Source: the human T2T-CHM13v2.0 reference genome, Homo sapiens. Taken from it: a DNA stretch of 64,000 nt. The notes beneath the pieces were generated by a model. The model worked only from the letters and a program-made list of their open reading frames with translations. It ran no database searches and was not told the DNA's origin. The position numbers and the translations under genes are program-made. The stretch lies in assembly GCF_009914755.1 (NCBI RefSeq), contig NC_060928.1, one strand, 5' to 3'. Positions 44,390 through 62,394 of this stretch are shown here, in pieces; the stretch's first letter is position 1, and each line of letters opens with the position of its first letter.

Positions 44390-44529
44390 TAATAATGTAT
44401 ACACAAACTCCAAATTAGTGCATTTAAAAAATGAGTAATTTTTTAATTACTCATTTAAAAAATGATTACTCATTTAAAAAATGAGTAATTTTTTAAATGC
44501 ACTAATTTGGAGCCTGGTATACATTATTA
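44390..44529. repeat. AT-rich complex inverted repeat / palindrome
   Basis: 25-bp perfect arms 44408-44432 / 44488-44512 plus outer 13-bp arms 44390-44402 / 44517-44529. Confidence 0.92.
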
Positions 44530-44773
44530 TAACTCAAAGCAACTATAGCCTCTTTTTGGAGTTAGATGAACTAAAGCTTTTTATAGGTAAGCCTATTTCG
44601 TCACTGACTTTTTTTGGAATTGATGGCTCAAAATAACAATAAAAAGCAGGCCTTTTAGTTGATTTTATAATTGTTTAATTCTCTACACACTATATCCCCT
44701 TATTTCCTGCACCCTCGGAAAGTCACTTCCATTGCCCACCCTTGATACTCTACCACCTCCAATAACTTTCTGA

Positions 44774-46275
<1,502 letters not shown>

Positions 46276-47509
46276 GCTTAAACTTTTTCTCTATGACACA
46301 ATTAGAATGATAACATTACAATTCATATATTAAAGATGCCTATAATCTTCAAGTATTTGAGTTTTGTGGTTTTTGCCTTTTTTAAAAAATTGCCCTATTA
46401 AGTAGTCATTGATACTTGTTAAATTTAAACTGTTAAAAGAAAGAAAAAGATATCTTTTTAAAAGCCTCCAAGTAAATTCATTTTATACTTACTTAAATTT
46501 ACTTAAATTAAAACAAATATATTTTTACAACCTGTGTTCAAATTTGAATGAATAACTATCAAATAATGGTTAATAATGGAAAGGAAAAGAAACTGTATCA
46601 AGAAGAGATGAACTTTTTTTTCCGTACTTCACTGGTGCTGAAATGTGTTATGAGCTATCTGTCTTTGTAATGCTTTTGGCATTTCACATACAGAGCAAAT
46701 CAACACTGACATATGTTCTTTCCCTGATTTTCCATTTCTTCACTAACTTAAACATTGTGGGGACTGACTGTTCTACTCACCAGTGGTGGAATAAAGTAGT
46801 TGGCTTGAAGTTGATTTAAATTAAATCTGATATTTCAAAGATACAAATCATGTTTTTACAGTATTACCACAACACCCATGAGATATTATATAATCAGTTG
46901 GATACAGGTATGTGTTTATCAATTGGTATTTTCTCATCTAGGAATACTTTCCATGATTAATGTTTTTCTTTTAGTTCACTAATTTAGTTCAGAAAAAAAA
47001 TCTTCTTAAGATTTCCTCTTTCCACACCCCACTCCACCCCCAGCATTCCAGCAAAAATAAAGTGAAAAATAAATAAAAGAAAACAGATCAGTGGGAGTCA
47101 GGGCAATGTCATGTATGTTCCAAGATAACATTTAAATGTTTTAGGAAAAATATTTCCTTTCAATATGAAAGAACGTCTATGTATCTTTTCTGGAAAAAAT
47201 ATTTTATTTCAGCTCACTAGTAAAATATGACATAGCCCAGAATTCCAGGTCATTTAGTGAAGATATCTATATGTTCCTCTTTTCCTTCTGGAATATTTTA
47301 CTTACTACTTTACTTTACTATTTATATAATGGTAATATTACAATATTACTATTATAATATTTTTAAAAAGCTAGAATACCTTCATAAAGTTATTTAACTG
47401 GTCTGTACTTCACTTTACTCTTTCAAAAGTGTGAAGACTATAGAATATAAATTGTTTTGATTTACATGCTATAATCATGTTTTAAGGCAGCAAATGTATG
47501 AAAGCCATG

Positions 47510-47725
47510 TAAAGGTGGTCAAGAGAAATTAACTCTTGAGCCAGACTAGCTGAATTCAAATCATGATTCCACCACTGTCTTGTGGAGCCATGGCCCTTGG
47601 GTTCCTTATTTTTAAAAGAGGGCTTATAATTATACTACATAGGAATGTTAAGAGGTAAAGTAATGCACATTTAAAGCATAAAATACTGTCATTTACTTGT
47701 AAGAATTAAATAAATGATATCTATT
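47510..47725 (+). mobile_element. MIR SINE
   Basis: 'gagccagactagctgaattcaaatcatgattccaccact'. Confidence 0.55.
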
Positions 47726-49531
47726 AACTTTTGTTTTCATAGCTAATTATTATTATTGTTATTATTATTAAGGTGCTCATTTCAGGATGTTGCTCAAATA
47801 TATTCTGTCATTACATTTGGGACAGAGATTTCTGTCCATTGACAAGCAAAATATTTTCCAGGAAAGAGTCTAGAGAACAAATATGAACTATTTGGTAATA
47901 TATATTAGGAAATTCTTCATACTGTTATGAAGTAATAATAATATCAATATTTTAAAGTAGGATGCTTATAAATATATTAATATAAATTAAAATTGAGATT
48001 CAAATTATTTGTTTTGCAGTGAAAGAATATCTCATTTCAACTATGCATTAAATGAATAACAAAAACAATTTCTATAGATGTCAGGGTTTTTCCTCTGAAA
48101 CATTGCAATTTCAAAATTAATAACAAAATGTTTTCCAACTGGGTTGGAAAAGAAATGATCCTCAGTATTTCCATTGTCAAAGCTCAGTAAGTTATTTATC
48201 AACTCATATGATTTGTTGCACAATATCCTTTTTCTATTCCCTTATGTTTCAAAACTTATAGAATATTCTTTTTTAAAAAATAATTTTCGAGCTGTTTTCT
48301 TAACTTCCATATCCACAAAACTTTGGTTTAACACTTCTCATATTTTCTAAAGACAAAGAAATAATACACTAAAAAGTATTGTGGAACAACAACAAAAACA
48401 GTAGACTGGAGAATGTTATTGTGAATTATATTTTCGTTTTTTAAAAAACAATACTTTTTCCTGTAGCACAATTTACTTTTAATTCTTTTTCCATTTTTTT
48501 GACTGTATGAAACTATTCAGGAACACAATTTCTATTTATTTATTTCTAATATCCTTTATTTGGAGCTTATATTTTCTTCTATATTCCCAAAATAATCTTA
48601 TTAACCAATCCAGAAGCCTGGAAACTAACCTCACCCATCTTTCCTTCCACACGCTTTATGTGTAATCAATCACCATATCCCATGCATTTTGCTTTTAAAA
48701 AATCTTTGAGTTATATTTTCTCACTGTCTTTCCTGCCTCTATCTTAGTTCCTGCATTAGTCCCCAAATTGAGGACTTGATAAGACAGTTATCCTAACTGC
48801 GTGCTACCCAACCTAGTCTCTGTCTCCATTGCTGTCAATGTGGTCTCTATGTCATGACTTCCTCAGAACTTCTTAGTGTGAGAGAGGAATCCTATCTTCA
48901 CTGGTGTGTGTCTACCTTTCTAATATCTTGCTTTGCCCTTTGCACCAATGATATCATCAGTTTTTAAAAGATGCAATACCTAAAAGCTCCCCACAACCTG
49001 CAAACAACAAAAAGAGATCCACTTCTTTCTTTTTTCTTTTTCTCCTTTTCCCCTGTGAAGTTGAGTTTACAAAAAAATAAAATGCAGATGCATCTTGCGT
49101 TTCTACCCTAAGTATGTATCTGTCGCTCTGGGTCTGTTCAAGAAGGCTTCATAGATTCTCTAGTCATCCACGCAATTGAGGCCACCAGTTTGCTCTCTTA
49201 GGCAGAGCAGTAGTTAAGTTTCTGTGTGCAAGCTTTGACTTACACAATTGCCAGCTCCACACTCTTTTGGTTGCTAATTCCACAACCTCAACAGTGCTAC
49301 CTTAACCCATGCCTGAAAATAAATTCACAGGTGTTTGTGATAGGCAGCCTCTAAGATGGCTCTCAATGATCCACACCTCCTACTATTCATGCACTTAGGT
49401 CATCCTGTTCCCTTGAGCAGGCTGGACTTTGTGACTCACTTCTAACATATAGATTATGGGAGAAATAATGGTATGTCACTCTGGAGATTGTATTATAAAA
49501 AGACCGTGGCTTCCTTCTTGGGCACTCTTAG

Positions 49532-49935
<404 letters not shown>

Positions 49936-50254
49936 CAGCATCTATTTTTAAATTTAAGTTTACCTTGACACAGTTTCCAAAACTATACCCCACCTGGATG
50001 TCTCCAGCTGGTGGCCAGAGATAAAAATTTAGAGGTGTCTCTCTAAGCAGGCTGGGCTCTCTGCTTTTTTGCTGCTTCCTTCAAATAGACCATTCAGACA
50101 TTTGCCTGAAAACTTACATGGACCAACTCTCAGTCACATCATGACCTCCTGGAATGAGTGCCTGCTTGCTTTAAACCCATAATGCCCTGGACCCAATGGA
50201 GGCATTGCTCCACAGCTTCCTTCTCTTTTTTCCCTGCCTGTGTACTCTGAAGGT

Positions 50255-50261
50255 CTCTCTT

Positions 50262-50321
<60 letters not shown>

Positions 50322-50335
50322 TGTGTGTGTGTGTA
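50255..50335. repeat. Compound (CT)n(GT)n microsatellite
   Basis: Read directly. Confidence 0.95.
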
Positions 50336-51273
50336 TGACCTGACCTCCGGGCAGGCAGTGTATCAGTGTATCCCCCAGGGTCTATAAGCACAGAACACTC
50401 TTACACTTCCACATTGTGGTTGTGTCACTGAGGCCATGCCTAAAACCCTACCCATGAAGGCAAGGCTCCCCCAGAGAGACCTATGCAGGTGAATCCCTTG
50501 CTGGAGCTCTTTTGTTAGGGCCTCTGGTGGCTGCTGGGCACAGTGGCTACCAGCTAAGCTGATAAAAAAAAAAAAAGTTTCATTCAAAACAAAGTCCCAC
50601 TTCAGTGAGCTGTGAAGTGGATTCTTCACTCCCAGTCAAGCCTTAAGATGCCTGCTGCCTTGGCCAATGGCTTGACTACAATCTCATTAGGGACCTTGAG
50701 ACAAAGGTAACCTAGGTAGGGTCCAGAGTCTTGACTCACAGAAACTGTCAGATAATAGATGTTTGCTATTTTAAACTGCTAAATTTTGAGGTAATTTGGG
50801 GCAATGTATAACTAATACGTTGTTCTCTACAACCACTGTGCCTCTTTGCAATGCATTCATTGGCTGCCATTAGCTTAATTATACTGCTAAAATATTGAAC
50901 TATTTGGAAATTCCCACAGACACCGTTATTTCATTTTATCCTGCCTTTGCACATGCCTTTATTCTTCCTATTTAGTCCATCCTCTGAGAAGACTTCCTGA
51001 GGTGGCAACTAGCAGCTCCTTGGTGTTAATGTACTATCTACTATTTTTGCAATATCTTATTATTATACATATTATTTGATAGACACACTGACTCACAAAC
51101 ATGATATCTAATGCTATGTGCCTGTTTTACCTGAGTATATTTTTAAAGATGAAACCTACTTTCCATTTTGGAAAATATAAAGAATAATCTTTTGAGAGCA
51201 GTGGGTGCCTATTTTATTTATTTTATTTTATTTTAACTTCTGATGAAAATTTTAAAATGCCATATCAACTCAC

Positions 51274-51306
51274 ATACTGAAGCTGGTACGAGGGGGTCCC
51301 ATGTTG
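51274..51306 (-). other. Candidate 33-nt exon
   Basis: Minus strand: gtattttag|CAACATGGG...CAGTAT|gtgagt; weak pyrimidine tract. Confidence 0.2.
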
Positions 51307-52080
51307 CTAAAATACGTGTTAACTTAGAATATGTGAGTAAACAAAAACAGGCACAGTAAAATCACCAAATCTTCTGCATTTAAAAAATGCCCCTTGGCAA
51401 TTTTTCCTTGAAACCTCCACTGATAATAAAAATGGAGGCATGCATGCGGAAATGCCCAATAATGGCTTGTAAAATAACTTTCAAATTAGAAGGAGTCAAG
51501 CATTCTGGTTTCCATCGGGCCCACTGGCCATTTCAAGCTTTAATGGGTGCAGGTGCAGTTGTTTCTTAACATGTTTTTGTTTTCACTTAATCCCCTTATC
51601 ACTGGCTGTTACCAGTGCAACTCCATCTGCTCACCTCTTCCCCTCTTCTCTCTCTCATTCAGCATGCCATGACAAGCTCAATTTGCCAATGGCAAGAAAA
51701 AAATTTCCCTGATTTTACCACAATCAAATAGTATGTGACCTTACATTTTTAAGTTCATTGGCCTAAAACTATGGAAGTCTTTGGCTGAGTTGATGTTTAT
51801 CAGCTATTCATGGTTTTTCTCATAATGTCATGATTATTACCTGTTCATTTTCTAGGTACAGAATTCTAGAAAATCCCTGATTTAAAAAAATCTCACCAAC
51901 CCTCAACATGGCCCTTTCCTGATTTGTTTTTATAATCCATAATTTTAAATTTATCAGTTTGTCATGTTTTTGTTATAAGATACAACCCTTAATTGCCTGT
52001 TACTAAAAGCATCCATAGAATTTTGTCCTTATTGTAGACTATTTCTCCTTAAAAGTGCAATGCAAAGATTTCCCTGCATT

Positions 52081-52105
52081 CATACACAGACACACAGACA
52101 CACAG

Positions 52106-52134
<29 letters not shown>
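52081..52134. repeat. (CA)n microsatellite
   Basis: Read directly. Confidence 0.95.
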
Positions 52135-52136
<2 letters not shown>

Positions 52137-55100
52137 GTTGTGTGTTTTGAGTGTAGACAATCTAAGCAGGAAAAAAGACCAATCTGATTGGAAATGTTCC
52201 AGAAATCATAGAGTATTTGAAGGAAGTGATTCAGTTTCATGGTTTTCCCTCATAAATCTTGCTGTTTATTTGGAGAAAAGCCATAGATACTCTGGAAGTT
52301 TGTTTTAAGAATCACACACCTTAAACTACGAGTTTCTGCTTACTTTTTCCAGATGCATAGCATGACTCTTCTTCCATTACACATTGACCTTGATTTCTTT
52401 CATTTTTAATAATTAAGAAATTAATTTTTGACTGCAAACACAAAAGATAGTGCTGTCTCATACAAGGGTTAGGTAGAAAATGTATCTGAGTTTCCATCTA
52501 CTTAGAAAAAAACAGCAACTGGAGAGAAATTCTTTTGAATAGTACATTCTATTCTTTAATTCTAATTTTTCCCAATTTGGCTTTTAGAAGCTGAAAAGCA
52601 ATTGTCTCTAATGGTCCTTATCTTTCTCTTCCTTCCATCACAAACTCTTCTCTCTTCAAGATCAGTTATTTCTTCTAGGAAAGTCTTGCTTGACACTCTT
52701 TCCTGGGTCCTCCACACTAAGTATTTATCACATGGCATTGTTATTTTCTACATTCTTTTCTGTATTTCTCTAGATGTTGGGCTCATTCCCCTATATGTTC
52801 CTCGTACTAGAAAAGATTCTCTTATATAATGGATCTTCAACGATGATATTTAGGAAAGGAAGCAAAAAGGAAGAACTTCAATATAAATTTTCATTATCTG
52901 CTGAGAGTAGTGAAAATAAATTTAGCAGTGTTTTCTAACTCTTGATGATATAAGCCTTATTAATGTGCTTGGCATAGATTATCATCACAACTATCAGTAA
53001 TACACATGTGTTATTACTAAATCAGTATAAATTGTGCTCACACTGATATTGTAACTACTGTTGCTTATCATCTGTATGTGGCTATAATTTTGAGATAATC
53101 ATATAATAAATTTTACTGATAATAATTTTGAGGTCTACATATATCTACCAGCTTGAACTAAAACTGAAAGCCTATGAATGGATATTGGATGTGACTTAAA
53201 ACTGGTAAATCATGCAAATAAACTTTTAATGAACTACTAAGTTACTCTTTTAATGTATGCCAATTTTAATGAAAACCTAATATTGTCTCAGCTTAATGTA
53301 GGACACTAAACAGGGAATAAAGTAAGAGGTATCTAAATAGCATTCTTTGTAATTTTTTATTTTTGTGCATTAATAGTTGGTGCATATATTTATGGGGTAC
53401 ATGAGATATTTTGGTACAGGTATGCAATGCATAATAATCATATCATGGAAAATTGGATATCCATCCCCTCAAGCATTTATCCTTTGTCGTACAAACAATC
53501 CAATTCTACTCTTTTAGTTTTAAAATGTGCAATTAAATTATTATTGACTATAGTCACATATTGTGCTATCAAATACTAGGTCTTACTCATTATTTCTAAC
53601 TTTTTTTGTATCCATTAAGCTTCCCTAATTTACCCCATTCCCTGCCTCCCACTACTCTTCCCAGCCTCTGTGACCATTCCTCTAATCTCAATCTCCAGAA
53701 CTTCAATTCTTTTGATTTTTGGATCCCACAAATATGTGACACTGAGTGATGTTTGCCTTTCCATGGCTTGCTTATTTTACTTAATATAATGACCTCCAGT
53801 TCCATTTATGTTGTTGCAAATGATAGAATCTTATTGTTTTTTATGACTGAATAGTACTCCATTGTGTATAAGTACTACATTTTCCTTATCCATTCATCTG
53901 TTGATGGACACTTAGGTTGCTTCCAAATCTTAGCTATTGTGAATAGTGCTGTAACAAACATGGCAGTACAGATATCTCTTTGATGTACCAATGTCCTTTC
54001 TTTTGGATATATACCAAACAGTGGGATTGGTAGATTGTATAATAGCTCTATTTTTAGTTTTTTAAGGAACCTCCATACTGTTCTCCAGAGTGGTTGTACT
54101 AATTTATATTCCCACCAACAGTGGATGAGGGTTTCCTTTTCTCCACATCCTCACCAGCATTTCCTATTGCCTGACTTTTGGGTAAAATCATTTTAACTGG
54201 GCTAAGATAATATCTCACTGTAGTTTTGATTTGCATTTCTCTGATGATCAGTGATGTTGAACACCTTTTCATATGCCTGCTTGCCATTTGTATGACTTCT
54301 TTTGAGAAATGTCTATTCAAATTTTTTGCTCATTTCTTAATTATATTATTAGATTTTTTCCTATAGAGTTGTTTGAGCTCCTTCTATATTCGGTTATTAA
54401 TCACTTGTCAGATGGGTATTTTGCAAATGGGTTCTCTCATTCTGTGGGTTGTCTCTTCACTTTGTTGATTATTTCCTTTGCTATGCAGAAGCTTTTCAAC
54501 TTGATGTGATCCCGTTTGCCCATTTTTGCTTTGGTTGCCTGTGCTTGTGGAATATTATTCAAGAAATTTTTGCCCAGACCAATGTCTTGGAGAGTTTCCC
54601 CAGTGTTTTATGTAGTAGTTTCATAGTTTGAGGTCTTAGATTTAAGTCTTTAATCAATTTTGATTTGACTTTTGTATATGACAATACATAGGGGTCAGGA
54701 TTTATTATTCTGCATATGGATATCCAATTTTCCCAGCACTGATCATTGAAGAGACTGTCGTTCCCCCATTGTACGTTTTTGGCACTATTGGTGAAAAGGA
54801 GTTCACTGTAGTGTGTGGATTCCTTTCTGGGTTCTCTATTCTGTCCATTGGTCTATGTGTCTGTGTGCCAGTACCATGCTGCTTTTGTTACTGTAGCACT
54901 GTAGTATAATTTTAAGCCAGATAATGTGACTTTGTTCTTTATGCTCAGGATAGCTTTGGCTATTCTGGGTTATTTGTGATTCCATAGAAAGTTTATGATT
55001 GCTTTTTCTATTTCTGTGAAAAATGTCACTGGTATTTTGATACAAATTGCATTGAATCTGTAGATTGCTTTAGGCAGTATGAATATTTTAACAATATTGA

Positions 55101-56045
55101 TCCTTCCTATCCATGAACTGGAATATCTTTCCTTTTTTGTGTGTCTTCTTCAATTTCTTTCACCAGTGTTTTATAATTTTCATTGTATAGATGCTTCACT
55201 TATTTGGTTAATTCCTAAGTATTTAATTTTATTTGTGGCTATTGTAAATTAGATCACTTTATTTCTTTTTCAGATTGTTCACTGTCAGCATATAGAAATG
55301 CTACCGGATTTTTATGTTGAATTTGTATACTGCAACATTACTGAGTTTATTACTTCTAATAGTTTTTTTGGTGGAGTCTTTAGGATTTTCAAAATGTGAG
55401 ATCATATCATGAGTAAACAAGGATAATTTGACTTCTTCTTTTCCAATTTGGATGTTCTTTATTCCTTTCTTTCTTCTGATTGCTCTAGCTAGAACTTCCA
55501 GTACTATGTTGAATAACAGTGGTAAAAGTGAGCATCCTTGTCGTGTTCCATTTAAAAGTAAAAGCTCTTAATTTTTGTCTATTCAATAAGATACTAGCTG
55601 TGGGTCTATCATATATGGCTTTTATTATGTTATAATATGTTCCTTCTATATCCAGTTTTTTAAGAGTTTCTTTCATGAAGGGATGTTCAACTTTATTAAA
55701 TGCTTTCTCAGCACCAGTCAAAATGATCATATGGTTTTTGTCCTTCATTCTGTTGATAAGATATATCAGATTGATTGATTTGCATATGTTGAAGTATTGT
55801 TGCATTCCTGGGATAAATCTCACTTGGTCATCATGAATAATCTTTTTAATGTATTATTGAATGCAGTTTGATAGTATTTTGTTGAGGTTTTTTACATAAA
55901 TGTCCATCAGGGATAATGGTCTTTGGTTTTCTTTTTTTGATGTGTCTTTTTCTTTTTTTGGTATCAGGGTAATACTGGCCTCTCAGAATTACCTTGGGAG
56001 TATTCCTTTCTCTATTTTTCAGAAGTTTGAGTAAGAATGGTATTA

Positions 56046-57387
<1,342 letters not shown>

Positions 57388-60300
57388 AAGAATGGTATTA
57401 TTTCTTCTTTAAAAGTATGGTAGAATTCAGCAGTGAATCCATCAGTTCTCAGGCTTTTCTTTTCTGGGAGATATTTTATTATGTTTTGATCTCGTTACTT
57501 GTTGTTGGTCAGTTCAGGTTTTAGATTTCTTCATGGTTCATTCTTTGTAGGTTTATGTGTCTAGGAACTTAATACATTTCTTCTAGATTTTCCAATTTAT
57601 TGGCATTTAGTTGCTCATAGTAGCCATTAATGATAATTTGAATTTCTGTGATATCAGTTGTAATGTCTCCTTTTTCATTTCTAATCTTAGTATCCTCTGT
57701 CTTTTTTTCTTAGTCTGGATGAAGGTTTATCAACTTTGTTTATCTTTCAGAAAACCACTTTTTAAACAAACAAAAAAAGAAGAAAAAAATTAAAAAGAAG
57801 AAAAAAATAAAAATAAATTTTAAAACCCAGTTTTTTATTTCAGAGGTCAACAACTTCAGGTTGGTGAATGTTTCTTCTTTTTAAAAGTAGACACTTATAG
57901 CTATAAACGATCCTCTTAGTACTGCTTTCACTGTATCCCAGAGATTTTGGTATGTTGAGTTTTAATTATCACTTGTTTCCAAAAATTTATTGATGTCCAT
58001 TTTAATTTCTTTATTGACTCTTTAGTCATTCAGGAGCGTATTGTTTAATTCTAGTGTGTTTGTATAGTTTTCAAAATTCCACTTGTTATTCATTTCTAGT
58101 TTTATTCCATTGTGGTTAGAGAGGAAGCTTGCTATTATTTCAATTTTTTGAATGTTTTAAGACTTATTTTGTGACCTAACATATGGACTATCCTTGAGAA
58201 TAAGCCATGTGCTAAGGAGAAGAATGTGTATTCTGCAGCCATTGGATGAAATATTCTGTAAATATCTAATAGGTACATTTGTTCTATAGTAAAGATAGTA
58301 ATGTCCAATGTTTCTTTGTTGATTTTCTGTCTAGGAGATCTGTCCAATGCTGAAAGTGGGGTGTTGAAGTCTTCAGATACTATTTATTTGGGTCTGTGTC
58401 TCTCTTTAGCTCTAATAATGTTTCCTTTATATATCGGCTTGGACCAGTGTTGGATGTTTATGAATTTAAGATCACTATATCCTCTGGATGAACTGAACCC
58501 TTTAACATTGTATAATGACCTTCTTTGTCTCCTCTTATAGTTTTTTTCTTGAAATCTGTTTTGTCTGGTATAAGGATAGCTGCTCCTGCTCTTTTCTGGT
58601 TTCCTCTGACATGGAATATTTTTTTAGATCCCTTGTTTTCATTCTGTGAACTTTATAGGTGAATTATGTTTCTTGTAGGCAGCAAATCATTGGGTCTTTT
58701 TTTTTTTTAACCCTTTCAACCACTCTATGTCTTTGCTGGGAGAGTTTAGTACATTTACGTAAATTCAATGTTATTTTTAATAAGTAGCAACTTATTCTTG
58801 CCATTTTATTATCTGTTTTCTGGTTGTTTTGGAGTCTTCTCTTTCTTCTTTCCTTTCTTCCTGGTATTCCTTTTAGTGAAGGTGATTTTCCCAGGTGTTA
58901 TACTTTAATTTCTTAGTTTTTTAATTTTTTTGTGTGTGTATCCATTGTATATTTTTGGTTTGAGGTTACCATGAGGCTTGCAGGTACTATCTTATAACCC
59001 ATTATTTTGAACTGATGGCAACTTAACACAAATTGCATAAACAAACAAACAAACATGCAAAAAGAAAGCTGATAAAACTCTATACTTTAGTTTCGTCCCC
59101 CTGCTTTTTAACTTTTTGTTCTTTCTCTTTATGTATTATTGTACTGTCCATGTCTTGAAAAGTTGTTTTAGTTATTGGTTTTCATTGGTTTATCCTTTAA
59201 TCTTTTTACTTAAGTCAAGAATAGTTTACACACCACAGTTACAGTGTTATACTATTCTGTGTTTTCCTATGTGCTTACTATTACCAGTGCATTTTGAATC
59301 TTCAGATAATTAATTCTTGCTCTTTAGCATTATTTTCTTTCTAATTTATGAACTCTCTTTAGCCTTTCTTGCACGTCAGGTCTGGTATTGATGAAATCCC
59401 TCAGCTGTTGTTTATCTTGGATTATTTGTTGATGTTTGATGGATATTTTCACTGGATATACTATTCTAGGGTAAAAGTGGTTTTCATTTTTTGTTTTTGT
59501 TTGTTTGTTTGTTTCGTTCATCATTTTAAATATGTCATGCCACTTTCTCTTGGCCTGTAAGGTTTCCACTGAAAAGTGTGCTGCCAGACATATTAAAGTT
59601 CCATTATATGTTATTTGTTTCTTTTCTCTTGCTAATTTTAGGTTCCTTTATTCATCCTAGATCTTCAAAGTTTGATTAAGTCCCCTGACATAGTCTTCTT
59701 TGGGTTAAATCTGTGTGGTGTTTCTATAAGCTTCTTGTCCTTAAATGTTGATATCTTTCTCTAGGTTAGAGAAGTTCTCTGTTATCCTTTAAAAAAAAAC
59801 TTTCTACCCCTATCTCTTTCTCTCCTCATTAAGGCCAGGAACTCTTAGATTTGCACCTTTAGATCTTGTAGGTGTGCTTCTTTGTTTTTTATTCTTTTTT
59901 CTTTTGTCTCCTCTGTGTATTTTAAAATATCCTTTATTCAAGCTATTTTTCTCTTCTGCTTATTCAATTCTATTAAAATACTGATGCATTCTTCATCATG
60001 TCATTTGCATTTTTAAACTCTAACATTTCTGCTTTTTTCTCTTTATTTAATTTCTTTGTTACATTTATCTAATAGCATTCTGAATTCCTTCTCTGTGTTA
60101 TCTTGAATTTCTTTAAGCTTCCTCAAGACAGCTATTTTGAATTTTCTGTCTGAAAGGTCATATAACTCCATTTCTCCAAGATTGTTCCCTGTTAGCTTAT
60201 TTAGTTCATTTGGTGAGGCCATGTTTTTCTGTATGGTGTTGACACTTGTAAATGTTTGTTGGTGTCTGGAAATTGAAAAGTTAGGTATTTGTTTTAGTCT

Positions 60301-61195
60301 TTGCTATCTGAGCTTGTTTGTTTCTGTCCTTCTTAGGAAGGCTTTCCAGGTATTTGAAGCTACTTGGGCTCCAAACCCAATAACACTATGAGTTTTGCTG
60401 ACTCGCAGAGATACTGCTTTGGTGGTCTTGGATAAGATCTGGAAGAATTCTCTGGATTACCAGGCAGAGACTCTTGTTCTTTTCCCTTACTTTCTCCCAA
60501 AGGAACATAATCTCTCTGTGTGTGCTGATTCACCTGGAACTGGGCATGTGATGATGCAAGTACCCTGTGGCCATCACCACTGGGACTGCACTGGGTCAGA
60601 CATGAAGTCAGATGAATACTGGGCCTTGCCAAGACCCTGCACTTCAGGGTAGTGAGTTCCCACAGGCCCTGGACATGTCCAGAGATGCTCGTTAGGAGCC
60701 AGGAATTGGAGTTAAAAATCTTAGTCATTTACCTGTTGTTCTATTCTGCTGTGGCTAGGCTGGCATACAAACGACAATGCAAAGTCTTTCCTGCTCTTCC
60801 CTCCCCTTTCCAAAGGGTGGCCTTTCCTGGTATAAGCCTCTCCTGGTGGTCATTACCACCACCAGTCCATGGAGGGTTCCACCAGGCCACCACCGATGTT
60901 TACTTAAAGCCAAGAGCTCTTCCATCAGCTTGTGGCGAATGCTGCCAGGCGTGGGACCCACCCTTCAGGGCTGTCAGGTCCCCTCTGGCCTAGCAGAGGT
61001 CCAAAAGTGCTCTCCAAGAGCCTAGACCTGGATTTGGTGACCCCAAGAGCTTGCTTGTTGCTCTACCTGACTATGGCCTGGGTGATATCCAAGGTGCAAG
61101 ACAAAATCCCCTTTACTTTTCCCTCTGCTTTTTTCAAACAGAAGGAGTCTCTCACTGCAGCCACCACAGTTTTGAATTTACTGTTTCACTCCTGA

Positions 61196-61432
<237 letters not shown>

Positions 61433-62394
61433 TGATGAATGCTGCAAGGACTGAGTCCCTCCCTTTAAGGTAGTGGGTTCTCACTTGGCCCACAGTGTGT
61501 CTTCGAATGCCATCTGGGAGCTAGGGCCTGGAATGGGGGCCTCATGACTCTGCCTGGTGCTGTATCCTACTGTGGCTGAGCTGGTATCCAAGATGCAAGA
61601 CAAAGTCCTCTTTACTCTTTGCTCTCCTCTTTCTAATCAGAAGGAAGGAGTCACTTTAATTGCATGAGATATACTGCCTTGGGTTGGGGGGAGGGATGGT
61701 GCAAGTATTCCCTTAGCCATGCCAGCTAATGTCTCCCTGGGTCACGTGCTACCCTAGTCCACTTGTTCTAAGCCAGTGTAGCACAAGGAATTGCCTAGAA
61801 ATTGTAGTCCTTGTGTCCTAGACTGCCTTTCCAGTTTACCTAAGAGACCAGAGCAATTCAGCCTGTGGCGGTGAGGCTTGCTGGAAACTCAAGTTCCAAC
61901 CACTGGGATGGATGATTCCTGTCTGGCTAGGGCTGATCCCAATGCTCCCTCCTTGTAAGGGCACTGCCTGAGCCCAGAACAGCTTTATTCTCTAGTATGA
62001 TAGGGCAGCACTGAGTTCAATGTAAAGACCCCCATTTGCTGTGCTCTCCATCCCAAAAGTACACTGATTATCTCTCTGCCCTGCATGACTACTGTGGGAG
62101 AGATGGGGGAAGGGTCACTTCAAGGATTCAAGACTCTCTCTCCTGCCCTCCTCAATGACTCTTTCAGTGATATGCAGTTAAAATCAGGTACTGTTATTGC
62201 TCATGTGATTTTGTATTCTAGTGATGGTGCTTTTCTGTGTGCAGATACTTGTTAAAATTTGATATTCCAGCAGGGAATATAAACAGTATAGCCTTCTATT
62301 CTACCATCTTGTTTATGCCCCTGTCTCCCACCCCTTATTAAATAGCATTCTTATAGAAAAAACAAGATACTATTACCTAATAAAAGACTTTACA

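Noticed and set aside
48020-48186. Plus-strand exon candidate (ttttgcag...gtaagt)
   Set aside because: Very AT-rich with a weak exonic donor context; such pairs arise by chance in 64 kb
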